Shown here in pieces: positions 41,242-51,169 of a stretch of 64,000 bases of DNA. The position numbers and the translations under genes were made by a program. Location of the stretch: contig CAXXNF010000002.1 of NCBI GenBank assembly GCA_963666365.2, forward strand, positions 1,248,001 through 1,312,000, read 5' to 3'. This DNA is from Syntrophales bacterium. Lineage in GTDB: Bacteria > Desulfobacterota > Syntrophia > Syntrophales > UBA2210. The number at the start of each line of letters is the position of its first letter. Positions within the stretch are counted from its first letter, which is position 1. The notes below the pieces were generated by a model. The model worked only from the letters and a program-made list of their open reading frames with translations, had not been told where the DNA came from and made no database searches.

Positions 41242-41451
41242 TCAGTCCTCCAGACGGAACGACACGTTAATCCTGATTCGATACTGTTTTATTTTCCCTT
41301 CCTCAATGCTCATATCCAGTTTCGAGACTTCGGCAATCCGCAAATCGCGAAGAGTGCTCCCGGCCGTCTCTACGGCCTTCTTCGCCGCTTCTTCCCAGGA
41401 CACACTGCTTGTTCCCACCAATTCGATTATCTTGTATACGCTCTCGTTCAT
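41242..41451 (-). CDS. Dodecin family protein
   Basis: VYKIIELVGTS..SWEEA, TLRDLR, YR...VSF; GGAGG RBS. Confidence 0.92.
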   Translation of the reverse strand: MNESVYKIIELVGTSSVSWEEAAKKAVETAGSTLRDLRIAEVSKLDMSIEEGKIKQYRIRINVSFRLED

Positions 41452-41804
41452 GACACACCTCCTTTTTTCCCGTATGTGAAAAGTTTAAAAAAAGATTCGT
41501 TACATTTCACCTTGTGAACGTCTGAATATTCGTAATTATGCGTCTTGGGGGATAAACTGCGCCACCCTGCGGCGCCGTTTCGCCTGTTGTCGATTCAGTC
41601 GGAGAATGTGAGAAATAGAAGGAGAAATGAAATCGCCGAGGAATAATATCTTATCGCGATTAGAAACCGGGCAAGGAGCATTCGAAACTGAAATAATGAT
41701 CACTTAGCCTGAAAGAACTTTCCGTATATTATATGAACGTGTTCGGAAAGATCATAAGAAATGAATTATTGTCTTTATGATGAACGAGAACGCCTTTGTT
41801 GTCA

Positions 41805-41835
41805 ATCAGTTTTTAATTATCAGTTTTTAATTATC
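41805..41835. repeat. 14-bp tandem repeat upstream of wtpA
   Basis: ATCAGTTTTTAATT twice, followed by ATC. Confidence 0.75.
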
Positions 41836-41981
41836 GTCATTTGATATTGACATAGGACAACTTCTTAAGTAACAACAAATTTCTATTCGGGCTAATAACT
41901 GCCCAATAAGGGGTTATAGTAACATTATATTCTTGACTGGTGCCTGTGGTATAAAGATTTTTAAAAGAGAGGAGATATTTC

Positions 41982-42965
41982 ATGAAAAAGTCAATAAAAT
42001 TGGTGGGGTTAATTGTGGCACTTGTAGCGGTGGGACTATTCCTGCCCTTCAACTCATTTGCGGAACCGAAAGGCAACGTGACCATCTTTCATGCAGGAAG
42101 CCTGTCGGTACCCTTTGCCTCAATGGAAAAAGCCTTTGAGGCAAAGTATCCCGGCGTTGATGTCCTTCGCGAGGCAGCGGGAAGTCAGAAATGCGCGCGT
42201 AAGATTTCCGACCTCAAAAAGCCCTGCGATATCATGGCATCGGCCGATTACAAAGTGATCGACAAACTTCTTATTCCCGCCTATGCCGACTGGAATATCC
42301 GTTTCGCCACCAATCAGCTGGTTCTGTGCTATACCGACAAGAGCAAATACGCCGACCAGGTCAATGCACAGAACTGGTTTGAGATCCTTCAGAAAAAAGA
42401 TGTGATATGGGGACATTCCGACCCAAACCTTGACCCCTGTGGATATCGCTCATTGATGGTTCTGCAACTGGCGGAAAAATATTACAAAAAACCGGGACTT
42501 TACGATGCGGTTATCGCAAACCGTCCCAAGGAGAATATCCGACCAAAATCGGTTGAACTGATTTCGCTGCTTCAAACAGCGAACATGGATTATGCATGGG
42601 AATATCTCTCCGTGGCGGTGCAGCATCAGCTTCGTTACATTACACTTCCGGATGAGATAAACCTGGGCAATTATAAATATGATGATCTCTATGAACAGGC
42701 TGTAGTAAAAGTTACGGGAAAAGCTCCCGGAACATTCATGGATATTAAAGGACAATCCTGTACCTACGGAGTAACCTTAATAAAAAATGCGCCCAACAGC
42801 GAAGCGGCCATCGCCTTTTTGGCGTATATGCTGGCGCCTGAAGGCGGACTGAAGATACTCTCTGACATGGGACAACCCCCCTTTATCCCCTGCCGTGTTC
42901 CCACGGAAGAAATGATGAAAATGCTGCCGCCTGAGTTGAAGAAAACAGTGGAAATCAAAGAGTAG
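41982..42965 (+). CDS. wtpA: Tungstate/molybdate ABC binding protein WtpA
   Basis: [39 protein letters not shown]. Confidence 0.92.
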   Translation: MKKSIKLVGLIVALVAVGLFLPFNSFAEPKGNVTIFHAGSLSVPFASMEKAFEAKYPGVDVLREAAGSQKCARKISDLKKPCDIMASADYKVIDKLLIPAYADWNIRFATNQLVLCYTDKSKYADQVNAQNWFEILQKKDVIWGHSDPNLDPCGYRSLMVLQLAEKYYKKPGLYDAVIANRPKENIRPKSVELISLLQTANMDYAWEYLSVAVQHQLRYITLPDEINLGNYKYDDLYEQAVVKVTGKAPGTFMDIKGQSCTYGVTLIKNAPNSEAAIAFLAYMLAPEGGLKILSDMGQPPFIPCRVPTEEMMKMLPPELKKTVEIKE

Positions 42966-42979
42966 GGGTTTTTGTTCTC

Positions 42980-43765
42980 ATGAAGGCGAAGGAACCATTT
43001 TTCTGGGTCAACCTATCCTGCGGCATCATGATTATGGTTTTCATTCTCCTGCCGCTTGTGGAGATGTTGACGGCACCTTCATTTTCGATGATCAGAGACA
43101 CGATACAAGACAAAGAAGTGCTTCGGTCAATCTGGCTGAGCATCTATACTGCCGGATTGGCCGCACTCTTTGCTTTTATTTTCGGCACCCCCCTCGCCTA
43201 TATACTTGCCCGCACTGACTTTTCCGGAAAACGACTGATCGAAAGTATCGTCGATCTTCCGATTGTCATCCCCCACCCGGTGGTAGGCATTGCAATCCTC
43301 AGTGTGGCAGGGAAAAATCACTGGATAGGGCAACTGTTCAGCGAGTTCGGCATTCGGATTATGGGAAGCGTTACCGGCATCGTGACCGTCTTGACCTTTG
43401 TAGGACTTCCCTTCTATATCAATGCCGTAAAAAACGGTTTTGAAAGCATCTCGCCCCGTTTGGAAAATGTATCAAGAAGTCTGGGCGCATCCATGGTTTC
43501 AACCTTTTTCAGAATCACCTTCCCGCTTGCCCGGCGTAGCATGCTTATCGGCATCATCATGTGCAGCGCCCGTGCAATCAGTGAATTCGGCGCCGTTGTA
43601 GTTGTCGCCTACCACCCCATGATCGCCCCCGTATTAATTTACGAACGTTTCGAGGGGTACGGTCTCAGATATTCGCAACCTGTTGCGGTATGGCTGGTGT
43701 CTGTCTGTCTTGTCCTCTTCCTTGTTCTGCGAATCCTTACGCTGAGAACGGGAAAATCGTCATGA
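42980..43765 (+). CDS. wtpB: Tungstate/molybdate ABC permease
   Basis: DLPIVIPH, EAA-like RLENVSRSLGA, ARAISEFGA. Confidence 0.9.
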   Translation: MKAKEPFFWVNLSCGIMIMVFILLPLVEMLTAPSFSMIRDTIQDKEVLRSIWLSIYTAGLAALFAFIFGTPLAYILARTDFSGKRLIESIVDLPIVIPHPVVGIAILSVAGKNHWIGQLFSEFGIRIMGSVTGIVTVLTFVGLPFYINAVKNGFESISPRLENVSRSLGASMVSTFFRITFPLARRSMLIGIIMCSARAISEFGAVVVVAYHPMIAPVLIYERFEGYGLRYSQPVAVWLVSVCLVLFLVLRILTLRTGKSS

Positions 43766-44799
43766 TAAGGACAGAAGATGTGTACATCCGCCTTGGCGAT
43801 TTCAGACTCCGTGATATCAACATCGCCATAGACAAAAATGAATTTTTTGTACTCATGGGTCCTACGGGTGCGGGGAAAACCGTCCTGCTGGAAGCCATTG
43901 CCGGCCTCATATCCGTTCAGAAGGGCACCATATCAATCGGGGGAAAAAAGGTAAATAGACTCCCCCCGGAGAAAAGAGGAGTGGGAATAGTATACCAGGA
44001 TTACTCCCTCTTTCCTCACATGACCGTGAAAGAAAATATCAGCTACGGTCTTCGTTACCACAAGATTAAAAAAGCCCGTGCCAGTGAGCGATTTGAGCGC
44101 CTGGTAAAGGAATTGAATCTCCATCACCTCCTTGACCGGCTCCCTACAAACTTGAGCGGGGGTGAAAACCAGCGTGTGTCTCTGGCAAGAGCCCTGATGA
44201 TCGAACCTCTGGTCCTGCTTCTGGACGAACCCCTGTCCGCCCTCGATCCCCGTTTCAGGGAAGAGATACGGGAAAGCCTTAAAACCCTTCACAAAAATTC
44301 GGAAACCACATTTTTGATGGTCACTCATGATTTTGCCGAGGCCCTTTCACTCGCCGACAGGGCCTCGGTAATGAACGACGGATGTATAGAACAAACAGGG
44401 ACAGTGGAAGAAATATTCCGCAAACCGGTATCAACCTTTGTGGCGGATTTCGTCGGAATGAAGAATTTTTTCGCCGTCGCCTTTACCGGAAAAAAGGCGC
44501 GTATCAACGGTCTTGAGATTGATACGGGGGAACCGCCTCCGGGCGACTGCTCGTATATCGCCATACGTCCGGAAGATATCGTCCTTTCGAAGGAGAAACT
44601 GCATTCCAGTATGAGAAATTCTTTCGGCGGTGTTGTCACCGGCCTCATCGACCGGGGCCTTTACTATGAAGTGTGGATCGAATCGGGAGGAACATCCTTT
44701 AAAGCAACGGTGACAAAGCGCTCCCTGGTCGAGCTCGGTCTTCAGGAAGGAATCAATATTCACTTTTCATTCAAGTCGACGGCACTGCATTTTTTTTAG
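43762..44799 (+). CDS. wtpC: Tungstate/molybdate ABC ATPase with TOBE domain
   Basis: GPTGAGKT, LSGGE, LLDEP, C-terminal SSMRN TOBE motif. Confidence 0.9.
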   Translation: MIRTEDVYIRLGDFRLRDINIAIDKNEFFVLMGPTGAGKTVLLEAIAGLISVQKGTISIGGKKVNRLPPEKRGVGIVYQDYSLFPHMTVKENISYGLRYHKIKKARASERFERLVKELNLHHLLDRLPTNLSGGENQRVSLARALMIEPLVLLLDEPLSALDPRFREEIRESLKTLHKNSETTFLMVTHDFAEALSLADRASVMNDGCIEQTGTVEEIFRKPVSTFVADFVGMKNFFAVAFTGKKARINGLEIDTGEPPPGDCSYIAIRPEDIVLSKEKLHSSMRNSFGGVVTGLIDRGLYYEVWIESGGTSFKATVTKRSLVELGLQEGINIHFSFKSTALHFF

Positions 44800-44915
44800 A
44801 ATATGCCAGACGATATTCGATTCCCATATTCCTCCTTGCATTAAATCCAGATGTGAAATAGGCTGCGCTTTTCAGCCTGTCTTTCACTGAATTATAAAAG
44901 GAGATTGAGTCTGTA

Positions 44916-45788
44916 ATGAGCTGGGTGGAAATCGACAGAAACACTTGTAATTCATGCGGCATATGCGTCACCAGATGCCCCCGCTGTTTTTCAAAAAACG
45001 GCAACGAAATCGTTGTGGATGCCGGTGAAGGTACCTGCAATCTTTGCGGACACTGTGTCTCCCTGTGTCCGAAAGATGCTATTATCCATTATGAAATGAA
45101 TATGGATAATTTTATTCCCGTCAACAGTGCGATGTCTTTTGATACTTCTGACTTCATACAGTTTATAAGGGAGCGACGGAGTCACCGTCACTTCAAAAAC
45201 AAAAACATTCCCCGAGCTGATCTTGAAAGGCTCATCGATATCTGCCGCTACGCCCCCACAGGAAGCAATATACAAACTGTCGAAATTCTGGTCATTCAGA
45301 ATCAGGAACGCATTACCACACTGTCCGATCTGACGGTGGATTTTTTCAAGGACATGCTTGAGAAGGTTGAAGAAGAAGTCGCTCGCCTCCAGTCGGAAGG
45401 CAAAGACATTCCCGACGATCTTCAATTGATCTATTCAATGGTTGAATACAGGAAGCGGCTGGTGATCGCGCGGGATTCCGGGCTTGATCCTATCTTTTAC
45501 CGTGCGCCCGCCGTGATCATCTTCCATTCACCGGCTCTTACCAGTACCCCAAAAGACAATTGCGTCATTACCGCCCATACCATGGCCCTCACCGCAAGAA
45601 CCATGGGGCTGGAAAGTTGCTATATCGGTCTTTTCGAAGGCGCTTTTTGGGGATCTCACGCGATACGAGAGAGACTGAATTTACCCGCCGGCCACAATGT
45701 CTACAGTGTGCTGATTCTGGGATACCCTCATTTTAAATTTCGCACTGTCATTGACAGAAAAGGAATCCGGACACGGTGGGAAGAATAA
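44916..45788 (+). CDS. Ferredoxin-nitroreductase fusion protein
   Basis: Two CxxCxxCxxxCP motifs, RRSHR, APTGSN, GLESCY. Confidence 0.9.
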   Translation: MSWVEIDRNTCNSCGICVTRCPRCFSKNGNEIVVDAGEGTCNLCGHCVSLCPKDAIIHYEMNMDNFIPVNSAMSFDTSDFIQFIRERRSHRHFKNKNIPRADLERLIDICRYAPTGSNIQTVEILVIQNQERITTLSDLTVDFFKDMLEKVEEEVARLQSEGKDIPDDLQLIYSMVEYRKRLVIARDSGLDPIFYRAPAVIIFHSPALTSTPKDNCVITAHTMALTARTMGLESCYIGLFEGAFWGSHAIRERLNLPAGHNVYSVLILGYPHFKFRTVIDRKGIRTRWEE

Positions 45789-45833
45789 GATCCTAAAAGG
45801 CACTACAGGCACAGTGTCCCGCCGAATCGGGAA

Positions 45834-46211
45834 TCACTCTTCACCCTTTGAACGGCTGTTTTGCATGAGGCGGTGCATCTCTATAAAATCGTTGAGACGC
45901 TCCGCCTGACGTTTCATATATTCGACCCACTGTCCAAGCATCTCTTCCCCATCCGGAGTCAATCGATACATACGCTTTGCCGGCCCGGTTCCATCGGTAT
46001 CCCAGTCGGACGCTACGAACCCGTCCTCCTCAAGCTGCCGCAGATGCCGATAAATCATACCCGGCGGCGCCGATCCCTCCAGAAATCCAAACCGATGGAT
46101 CGTGCGTATTACCTCATACCCATAGGTGGGGCCTCCATAGAGACTCATTAAAATGGATGGTTGAACGTACCGTTCCTGTTTTCCTCTTGATGAGCGTCCG
46201 CTTTTTGACAT
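45834..46211 (-). CDS. PadR family transcriptional regulator
   Basis: YGYE, PGMIYRHLRQLE, GPAKRMYRLTPDG. Confidence 0.9.
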   Translation of the reverse strand: MSKSGRSSRGKQERYVQPSILMSLYGGPTYGYEVIRTIHRFGFLEGSAPPGMIYRHLRQLEEDGFVASDWDTDGTGPAKRMYRLTPDGEEMLGQWVEYMKRQAERLNDFIEMHRLMQNSRSKGEE

Positions 46212-46228
46212 ATTCACCAACTTCCTTA

Positions 46229-46257
46229 TTGACATATATCCTCGAAGGATATATGTT
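46229..46257. promoter_or_regulatory. Perfect operator palindrome overlapping a sigma70 promoter
   Basis: ACATATATCCT-cga-AGGATATATGT at 46232-46256; TTGACA-17bp-TATGTT on the + strand. Confidence 0.8.
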
Positions 46258-46309
46258 TTATGAAACACATTATCCAGCATAATGTAAGAAGTCTTACGGA
46301 GGAACTATC

Positions 46310-46513
46310 ATGACAGCAAAAATATTTGTCCGAGAACGACACAAAGTCAATAAAGGCGAAAAAAAACCGAGGTTTCGTCTTTGCGGCGTCAGTGATCTCG
46401 ATCTTACATTTTATGCGCTTCATCTGCGCAAGCAGGAACTGGAGCAGATCGCCGCGGCGACAGGCGCCGAATTAGTCTACCTGAAAGCGGAAAAAAAAGC
46501 GGCCTCCGAGTGA
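46310..46513 (+). CDS. Small hypothetical protein divergent from padR
   Basis: GGAGGA RBS; 67 aa; promoter upstream. Confidence 0.65.
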   Translation: MTAKIFVRERHKVNKGEKKPRFRLCGVSDLDLTFYALHLRKQELEQIAAATGAELVYLKAEKKAASE

Positions 46514-46527
46514 CATGCCGGCTGTTG

Positions 46528-47385
46528 TTAGTCTCTGTAGATAATGGTTCCCACCGCTTCTCCCTCAAGCGCCCGGAGGATATCTTCGGGCTGATTAAGG
46601 GCATCGATAACCTGCAGTCTGGTGATGTTTTTCGCCCTCTCCAGCAACCGCACGACATCGCGTTCAATAATAAGGTCATCCAGATCCAGTTCACGCAATT
46701 CCCGCGCTGATATATGCTTATAATACTTAAGTTTATTTCTCTTTCGTGGGGTCGCCTTTTTCGGATCGCATTCATAGAGTCCCTTTTCATCTTTCAGATA
46801 AATGAGGGAGCGGGCGCCGATATTCTCCGCCAGAAGGAAGGCGCCGCTGTCGGTCCGATGAGGTGGGATCGACCCGTATTCGGCTGGATGTTCAAAGTAT
46901 CCGTAGGGAGGAACCCCGTAAGTAATGGGAAGAAATCCGAGTTGGCAAAACATCGTCAACTGTTCGAGGTTGTCCCCCTGTCCTATCTTTACACCGCCAT
47001 GCTTTGCCAAAAGAACCGATATCATTTCCGCATTTTGCCAGGAAACCTTGTCGGCAAGCTTCGAGAGCACACCCGGCGGCATTCCCAAATCAACGCCGAT
47101 ACTGAAGACATGCCGCGTTCTGGTCCCTCCCCCGGTCATAAGAATCATTTTGTGCGTTTCCTTTGCGCGAATAAGCACGTCGAGAATAGGAAAGAGGGCT
47201 TCCTTTCCCCGGTCGATAATGCTCTGGCCTCCTATCTTGAGCACATTGATATCGGGGTGCATCCGGAAATATTTCTGCTTTTCTGTTGTACGTAAAAACT
47301 CCCTGCTTACAAGAGACTCCCCCATCAATGGCGATTCGATATGGAGCCTCCCTTTGGGTGTTTTCTCTTTTTTAATTTCATTCAT
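46528..47385 (-). CDS. Molybdenum storage protein homologue (amino-acid kinase fold)
   Basis: KIGGQSIIDRG, TGGGTRTRH, PPY, IPPHRTDSGAFLLAE, DEKGLY..DP, VGTII. Confidence 0.82.
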   Translation of the reverse strand: MNEIKKEKTPKGRLHIESPLMGESLVSREFLRTTEKQKYFRMHPDINVLKIGGQSIIDRGKEALFPILDVLIRAKETHKMILMTGGGTRTRHVFSIGVDLGMPPGVLSKLADKVSWQNAEMISVLLAKHGGVKIGQGDNLEQLTMFCQLGFLPITYGVPPYGYFEHPAEYGSIPPHRTDSGAFLLAENIGARSLIYLKDEKGLYECDPKKATPRKRNKLKYYKHISARELRELDLDDLIIERDVVRLLERAKNITRLQVIDALNQPEDILRALEGEAVGTIIYRD

Positions 47386-47494
47386 GAATAGTATCCTCAC
47401 GAGCCGGTACTATCCATACCACGATACCGGCAAGTAATAATATGAATGTATTTCTTCGGTTTCCCCTTTACTGCACAGCTCCCGTGGGATCCTC

Positions 47495-48226
47495 CTACGC
47501 CTGAATATCCTCTTCACGGGCCCGTTCAATCGTTTTTTTATTTTCAAGAAGCCTTTCGATATCTGTCTGAGGATCACTCATTTTCGCTTTCACAATCAGG
47601 GCAATCCCCTCGCCCACGATAGGCGGCGCCTGCCCTATCTTGTAGCGAATGGTCATGCGCATCAACGTTTCTCCCTTCTCCACTTCTGTTATCTTCAAAG
47701 ACACGCTCTCAATCACGGTCGTAAGCCGTCCCGCGCCCGCAATACCCAGCGAACCGTTCCGACCGGCAGTCACGTGACCGGTCACGATCACTTCCGCACC
47801 CAGAGATCTGGCGGCATGAAGTGCGGTCGCCTGATCGATCTCTTCAATTTTAAGACTCTTTGCCCGCGCAATATCTTCAGAGTCATATACATGATAACCG
47901 CATCTCACCAGCTCCATGGCCAGATTGTCTGCAACTACGGCACCGGGATCTCCGATTCTCCCATAGGGTCTGACCCTGCTTTCCTTGCCCATGAAAATGG
48001 CAAATCGCGTGATCGGGCCGAGTGACTCCTTCGTCAGCCCCTCTCTTACTGCAATCGAGACCTCTGAATTTTCTATTGACTGATATACCAGTGAACCCAC
48101 GTTGAAAGCCGTTGCCGGCAGACTGATCAATGACAACGTTCCAGTGCATCCATATAGCACCAATAGTATCGGGATGAATCCAATGGCGGCTTTCTTTCTA
48201 TAGAGGTACAGATGCAGCATTTTCAC
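47495..48226 (-). CDS. Hypothetical lipoprotein
   Basis: Lipobox VLYGC; ARSLGAEVIVTG is reminiscent of CsgG-like folds; start uncertain. Confidence 0.6.
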   Translation of the reverse strand: MKMLHLYLYRKKAAIGFIPILLVLYGCTGTLSLISLPATAFNVGSLVYQSIENSEVSIAVREGLTKESLGPITRFAIFMGKESRVRPYGRIGDPGAVVADNLAMELVRCGYHVYDSEDIARAKSLKIEEIDQATALHAARSLGAEVIVTGHVTAGRNGSLGIAGAGRLTTVIESVSLKITEVEKGETLMRMTIRYKIGQAPPIVGEGIALIVKAKMSDPQTDIERLLENKKTIERAREEDIQA

Positions 48227-48376
48227 TTTTCCTGTTGCACTGCCTTTCCCGCAAAAAACGTGCTCAGCACAGCACTACCACACAGGCAAAGCGCATCTCC
48301 TTGCCTGTGTGTTCTATACTGCGGGAATTTTTCACAAACGCGCAAACTTGCAGACCGCGCTACCTCGATTATTGCT

Positions 48377-49087
48377 TCATTGATTTTGAGGAATTTCCAA
48401 AAATGAAGGAAGTGCCGGTCGATGGTTCATATCGGTCATCATAGGATACCGGAACCCCATTTTATGCGTGCTCTCCAAACCATTCATCACTGCATCGATT
48501 TTTTCTTTCGGTATAGCGAAAATAACCTCATGATCCTGGGTAGACCCGTAGACTCGATCCCCTCCGGAAGGAAGAATAAACTGACATTCTCCGCTCTTTA
48601 CCGCATACCCGACGACATCGACGCAATCCCCAAGCCCGGTCGCCTGTGCGTCTACCTTCAGCCCCGCGCCCATCACCGCGGCATGGCCGAGCCGCATTGC
48701 CTGGGCGGAATTCACATACATCACCAGCAAATCCGGTTCGAAATCCGCTCGAGCGAGCGGCGAAATCAAAAGATGGCTGTAAATTCCGGGCTCGTGCCGT
48801 TTTTCTTCCGGAAAGGGCAGGCCCTGCGGCGCCTTATCGATAAACCCCATCGCCAGCCCTCCTCCCAGGCAACACTGGTCTTCCTTTCCTACCGCCAACG
48901 TCCACCCGTATCTCCGCACCATGCCGATTGCCTGGCATACCGCAACCTGGTGTCCCAGATCTTTCATGGGCCTCTTCACTTTTCCCGAAAGCTCCTTTTC
49001 CGACCGGCACAACTTCAGTGCCACCGGAAAGGTCTGCGGCCGCAAGTAGGTTTGAAGGATATCCTCTGCTTTTTTCAGATCCGCCAT
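48377..49087 (-). CDS. DUF169 family protein
   Basis: PVALK, CQAI..VR..G, QAMRL, GGDRVY. Confidence 0.8.
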   Translation of the reverse strand: MADLKKAEDILQTYLRPQTFPVALKLCRSEKELSGKVKRPMKDLGHQVAVCQAIGMVRRYGWTLAVGKEDQCCLGGGLAMGFIDKAPQGLPFPEEKRHEPGIYSHLLISPLARADFEPDLLVMYVNSAQAMRLGHAAVMGAGLKVDAQATGLGDCVDVVGYAVKSGECQFILPSGGDRVYGSTQDHEVIFAIPKEKIDAVMNGLESTHKMGFRYPMMTDMNHRPALPSFLEIPQNQ

Positions 49088-49114
49088 AGTTCCATCCTCC
49101 CTTTTTTACTGTCG

Positions 49115-49903
49115 TTATCGCCCCTTAAAGGCGGGGCGCCGTTTCTCCAGAAAGGCGCCGATGCCTTCCTTTGCATCAGCGGTTTTGGCCATGTCGGCGA
49201 TACTGCGTGCTTCCCGCTCCATCTGGCTTTCGAATGTTTCGGAAAAGCTTTCGTTAAGCAGTTTTTTTACTGATCCCAGAGAAAGCGTCGGTCCGGAGGC
49301 AAGGACCGCGGCCAGCTTTTCCGCTTCGTCCAGAAGATCCTGACCGGCCACAACCCTGTTGACGAGACCCCACGCAAGCGCCTCAGAGGCCGTGAGCCTC
49401 CTGTTTGTGAGCATCATCTCCTTCGCCCTCGCCAGACCGATCATTCGCGGGAGCAGGTAGGTCATTCCTCCGTCAGGCGCGAGAGCCGCCCCTGTATAGG
49501 CAGTGGTAAAGGTGGCCGATTCAGCAGCCAGGATAAGATCGCCGCAGAGGGCAAAACTCATCCCCATGCCGGCGGCGGCGCCGTTCACCGCTGTTATCAG
49601 CGGTGCGTTCATTCTTGCAAAACGGGACGCAGCGGCATGGCAGTACACCGTCATTTCCTTGAGGGCCCTGTTCAGGTTCGGCCCGTATTCGGCAAATCCT
49701 TTGAGATCGCCTCCGGCACTGAACATCTTTCCCCTGCCCGTCAAAATGACGGCTCTGATATCGGGATTTTCATCACATTCGATGGCCGCATGCATCAGGT
49801 CCTTTCCCATGGGAATATTCAGACCGTTTGCGGCCTCGGGCCGATTAAGGGTAATGCGGGCAATACCGTCCCGTACCTCAACGTCGATGGTGCTGTAATC
49901 CAT
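49115..49903 (-). CDS. Enoyl-CoA hydratase/isomerase (PaaG-like)
   Basis: LNRP, FSAGGDL, NGAAAGMG, PDGG, AFLEKRRP.F.GR. Confidence 0.9.
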   Translation of the reverse strand: MDYSTIDVEVRDGIARITLNRPEAANGLNIPMGKDLMHAAIECDENPDIRAVILTGRGKMFSAGGDLKGFAEYGPNLNRALKEMTVYCHAAASRFARMNAPLITAVNGAAAGMGMSFALCGDLILAAESATFTTAYTGAALAPDGGMTYLLPRMIGLARAKEMMLTNRRLTASEALAWGLVNRVVAGQDLLDEAEKLAAVLASGPTLSLGSVKKLLNESFSETFESQMEREARSIADMAKTADAKEGIGAFLEKRRPAFKGR

Positions 49904-49986
49904 GGCAGACTACCCCTTTTCGGATTGCACGGTCACGAACGCACCTTCTCAGCAAACGCCGCCCGCGACTATGTTCGATTACAGGC

Positions 49987-51036
49987 TCAGGCCTTCAGCG
50001 TGTTCAGTTTATCCAGGGTCTCTTCAGCTTCCGTGATTATCCTGTCGATCAGCTCCTTGGCAGTGGGAACGTCGTCGATGCCCCCGCAGCACTGGCCGGC
50101 GAAAAGAATCCCGCCTTCAATATCCCCCTCGGTAAGCGCCTTCATATGCTTCATATTCCCCACTGCCTGACGGGCAAGCACCATAAGCGGATGACCTTCC
50201 TCGGCACGAACCATCTCCAGGCTCAGCTTCGCAAATTTGGCGTAGGACAAATTGAAAAGCTTTTTTACCAAAAGGGCGCCCTTGATCGAATCCACCACGG
50301 GGAATCCACGCTTCGTCATCGCCTCGGCTTCCTTCGTCTTCAGCACCCGCCCATCCATGCCGTCGAATACGTTGTCATAGACCGTGTCCTGCTCGGTAGC
50401 TTTGATGCAAAGCTGTTTGAAGTTATCGTGCACCATGCTTTCCTGAACCACCATAAACCGGCTTCCCATCGATATCCCATCCGCTCCCAGCGACAGCGCC
50501 GCCGCCAGTCCCCGGCCGTCGTAAAATCCGCCCGCTGCAATCAACGGGACGTCTACCATCTTCGCTACCAGGGGAATCAGTACCATCGATGTGGCCGCCG
50601 CACCGTGGGCCGCCGCCTCGTGACCCGTCACGATCAGGGCATCACAACCAAGCTGCACCGCCCGTGACGCATGTTTTGCAATGGCAATCGTACCCACTAC
50701 CTTGCCGCCGTAGGCATGCACCTCATTCACAAACCAGGGCTTTCCCAGAGAATAATTGATAAAAGGAACCTTTTCCTCTATGGCGATCTCGATGTTCTCC
50801 TTTGCACCGGGACCCACCAGAATCTGGTTTATTCCGAAGGGCTTGTCCGTCATGTCTCGTATCTGCCTGATTGTGTCACGGGTCTCCTGGGGCGTGCACC
50901 GGGCCGTCGCCAGTATTCCCAGACACCCGGCGTTGCAGACCGCCGCAACCAGTTTCGGCTCCGTAATCCAGTTCATTCCCGCCAGCATTATCGGGTGCTC
51001 TATCCCAAACATCTCCGTCATTCTTGTCTTAAACAT
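49987..51036 (-). CDS. Nitronate monooxygenase / FabK-like flavoprotein
   Basis: HPIMLAGM, KPFGIN, GHEAAAHG, AAGG, MGSRF, AGQ. Confidence 0.88.
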   Translation of the reverse strand: MFKTRMTEMFGIEHPIMLAGMNWITEPKLVAAVCNAGCLGILATARCTPQETRDTIRQIRDMTDKPFGINQILVGPGAKENIEIAIEEKVPFINYSLGKPWFVNEVHAYGGKVVGTIAIAKHASRAVQLGCDALIVTGHEAAAHGAAATSMVLIPLVAKMVDVPLIAAGGFYDGRGLAAALSLGADGISMGSRFMVVQESMVHDNFKQLCIKATEQDTVYDNVFDGMDGRVLKTKEAEAMTKRGFPVVDSIKGALLVKKLFNLSYAKFAKLSLEMVRAEEGHPLMVLARQAVGNMKHMKALTEGDIEGGILFAGQCCGGIDDVPTAKELIDRIITEAEETLDKLNTLKA

Positions 51037-51169
51037 CTTTCGCTCCTTTTATTTCATATAAATTGAAACATCCTTACCGCATGGCACGGGGGAAGTTTCT
51101 TTGATTCAGGTTAATATTACAGGCCTTATTTCAACCGGCACACACTCGCCGGCAGAATGGCCTTCAGGG

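Noticed and set aside
41700..41981. Moco/Wco riboswitch before wtpA
   Set aside because: The leader is AT-rich and I could not find the conserved elements; an Rfam scan would settle it.
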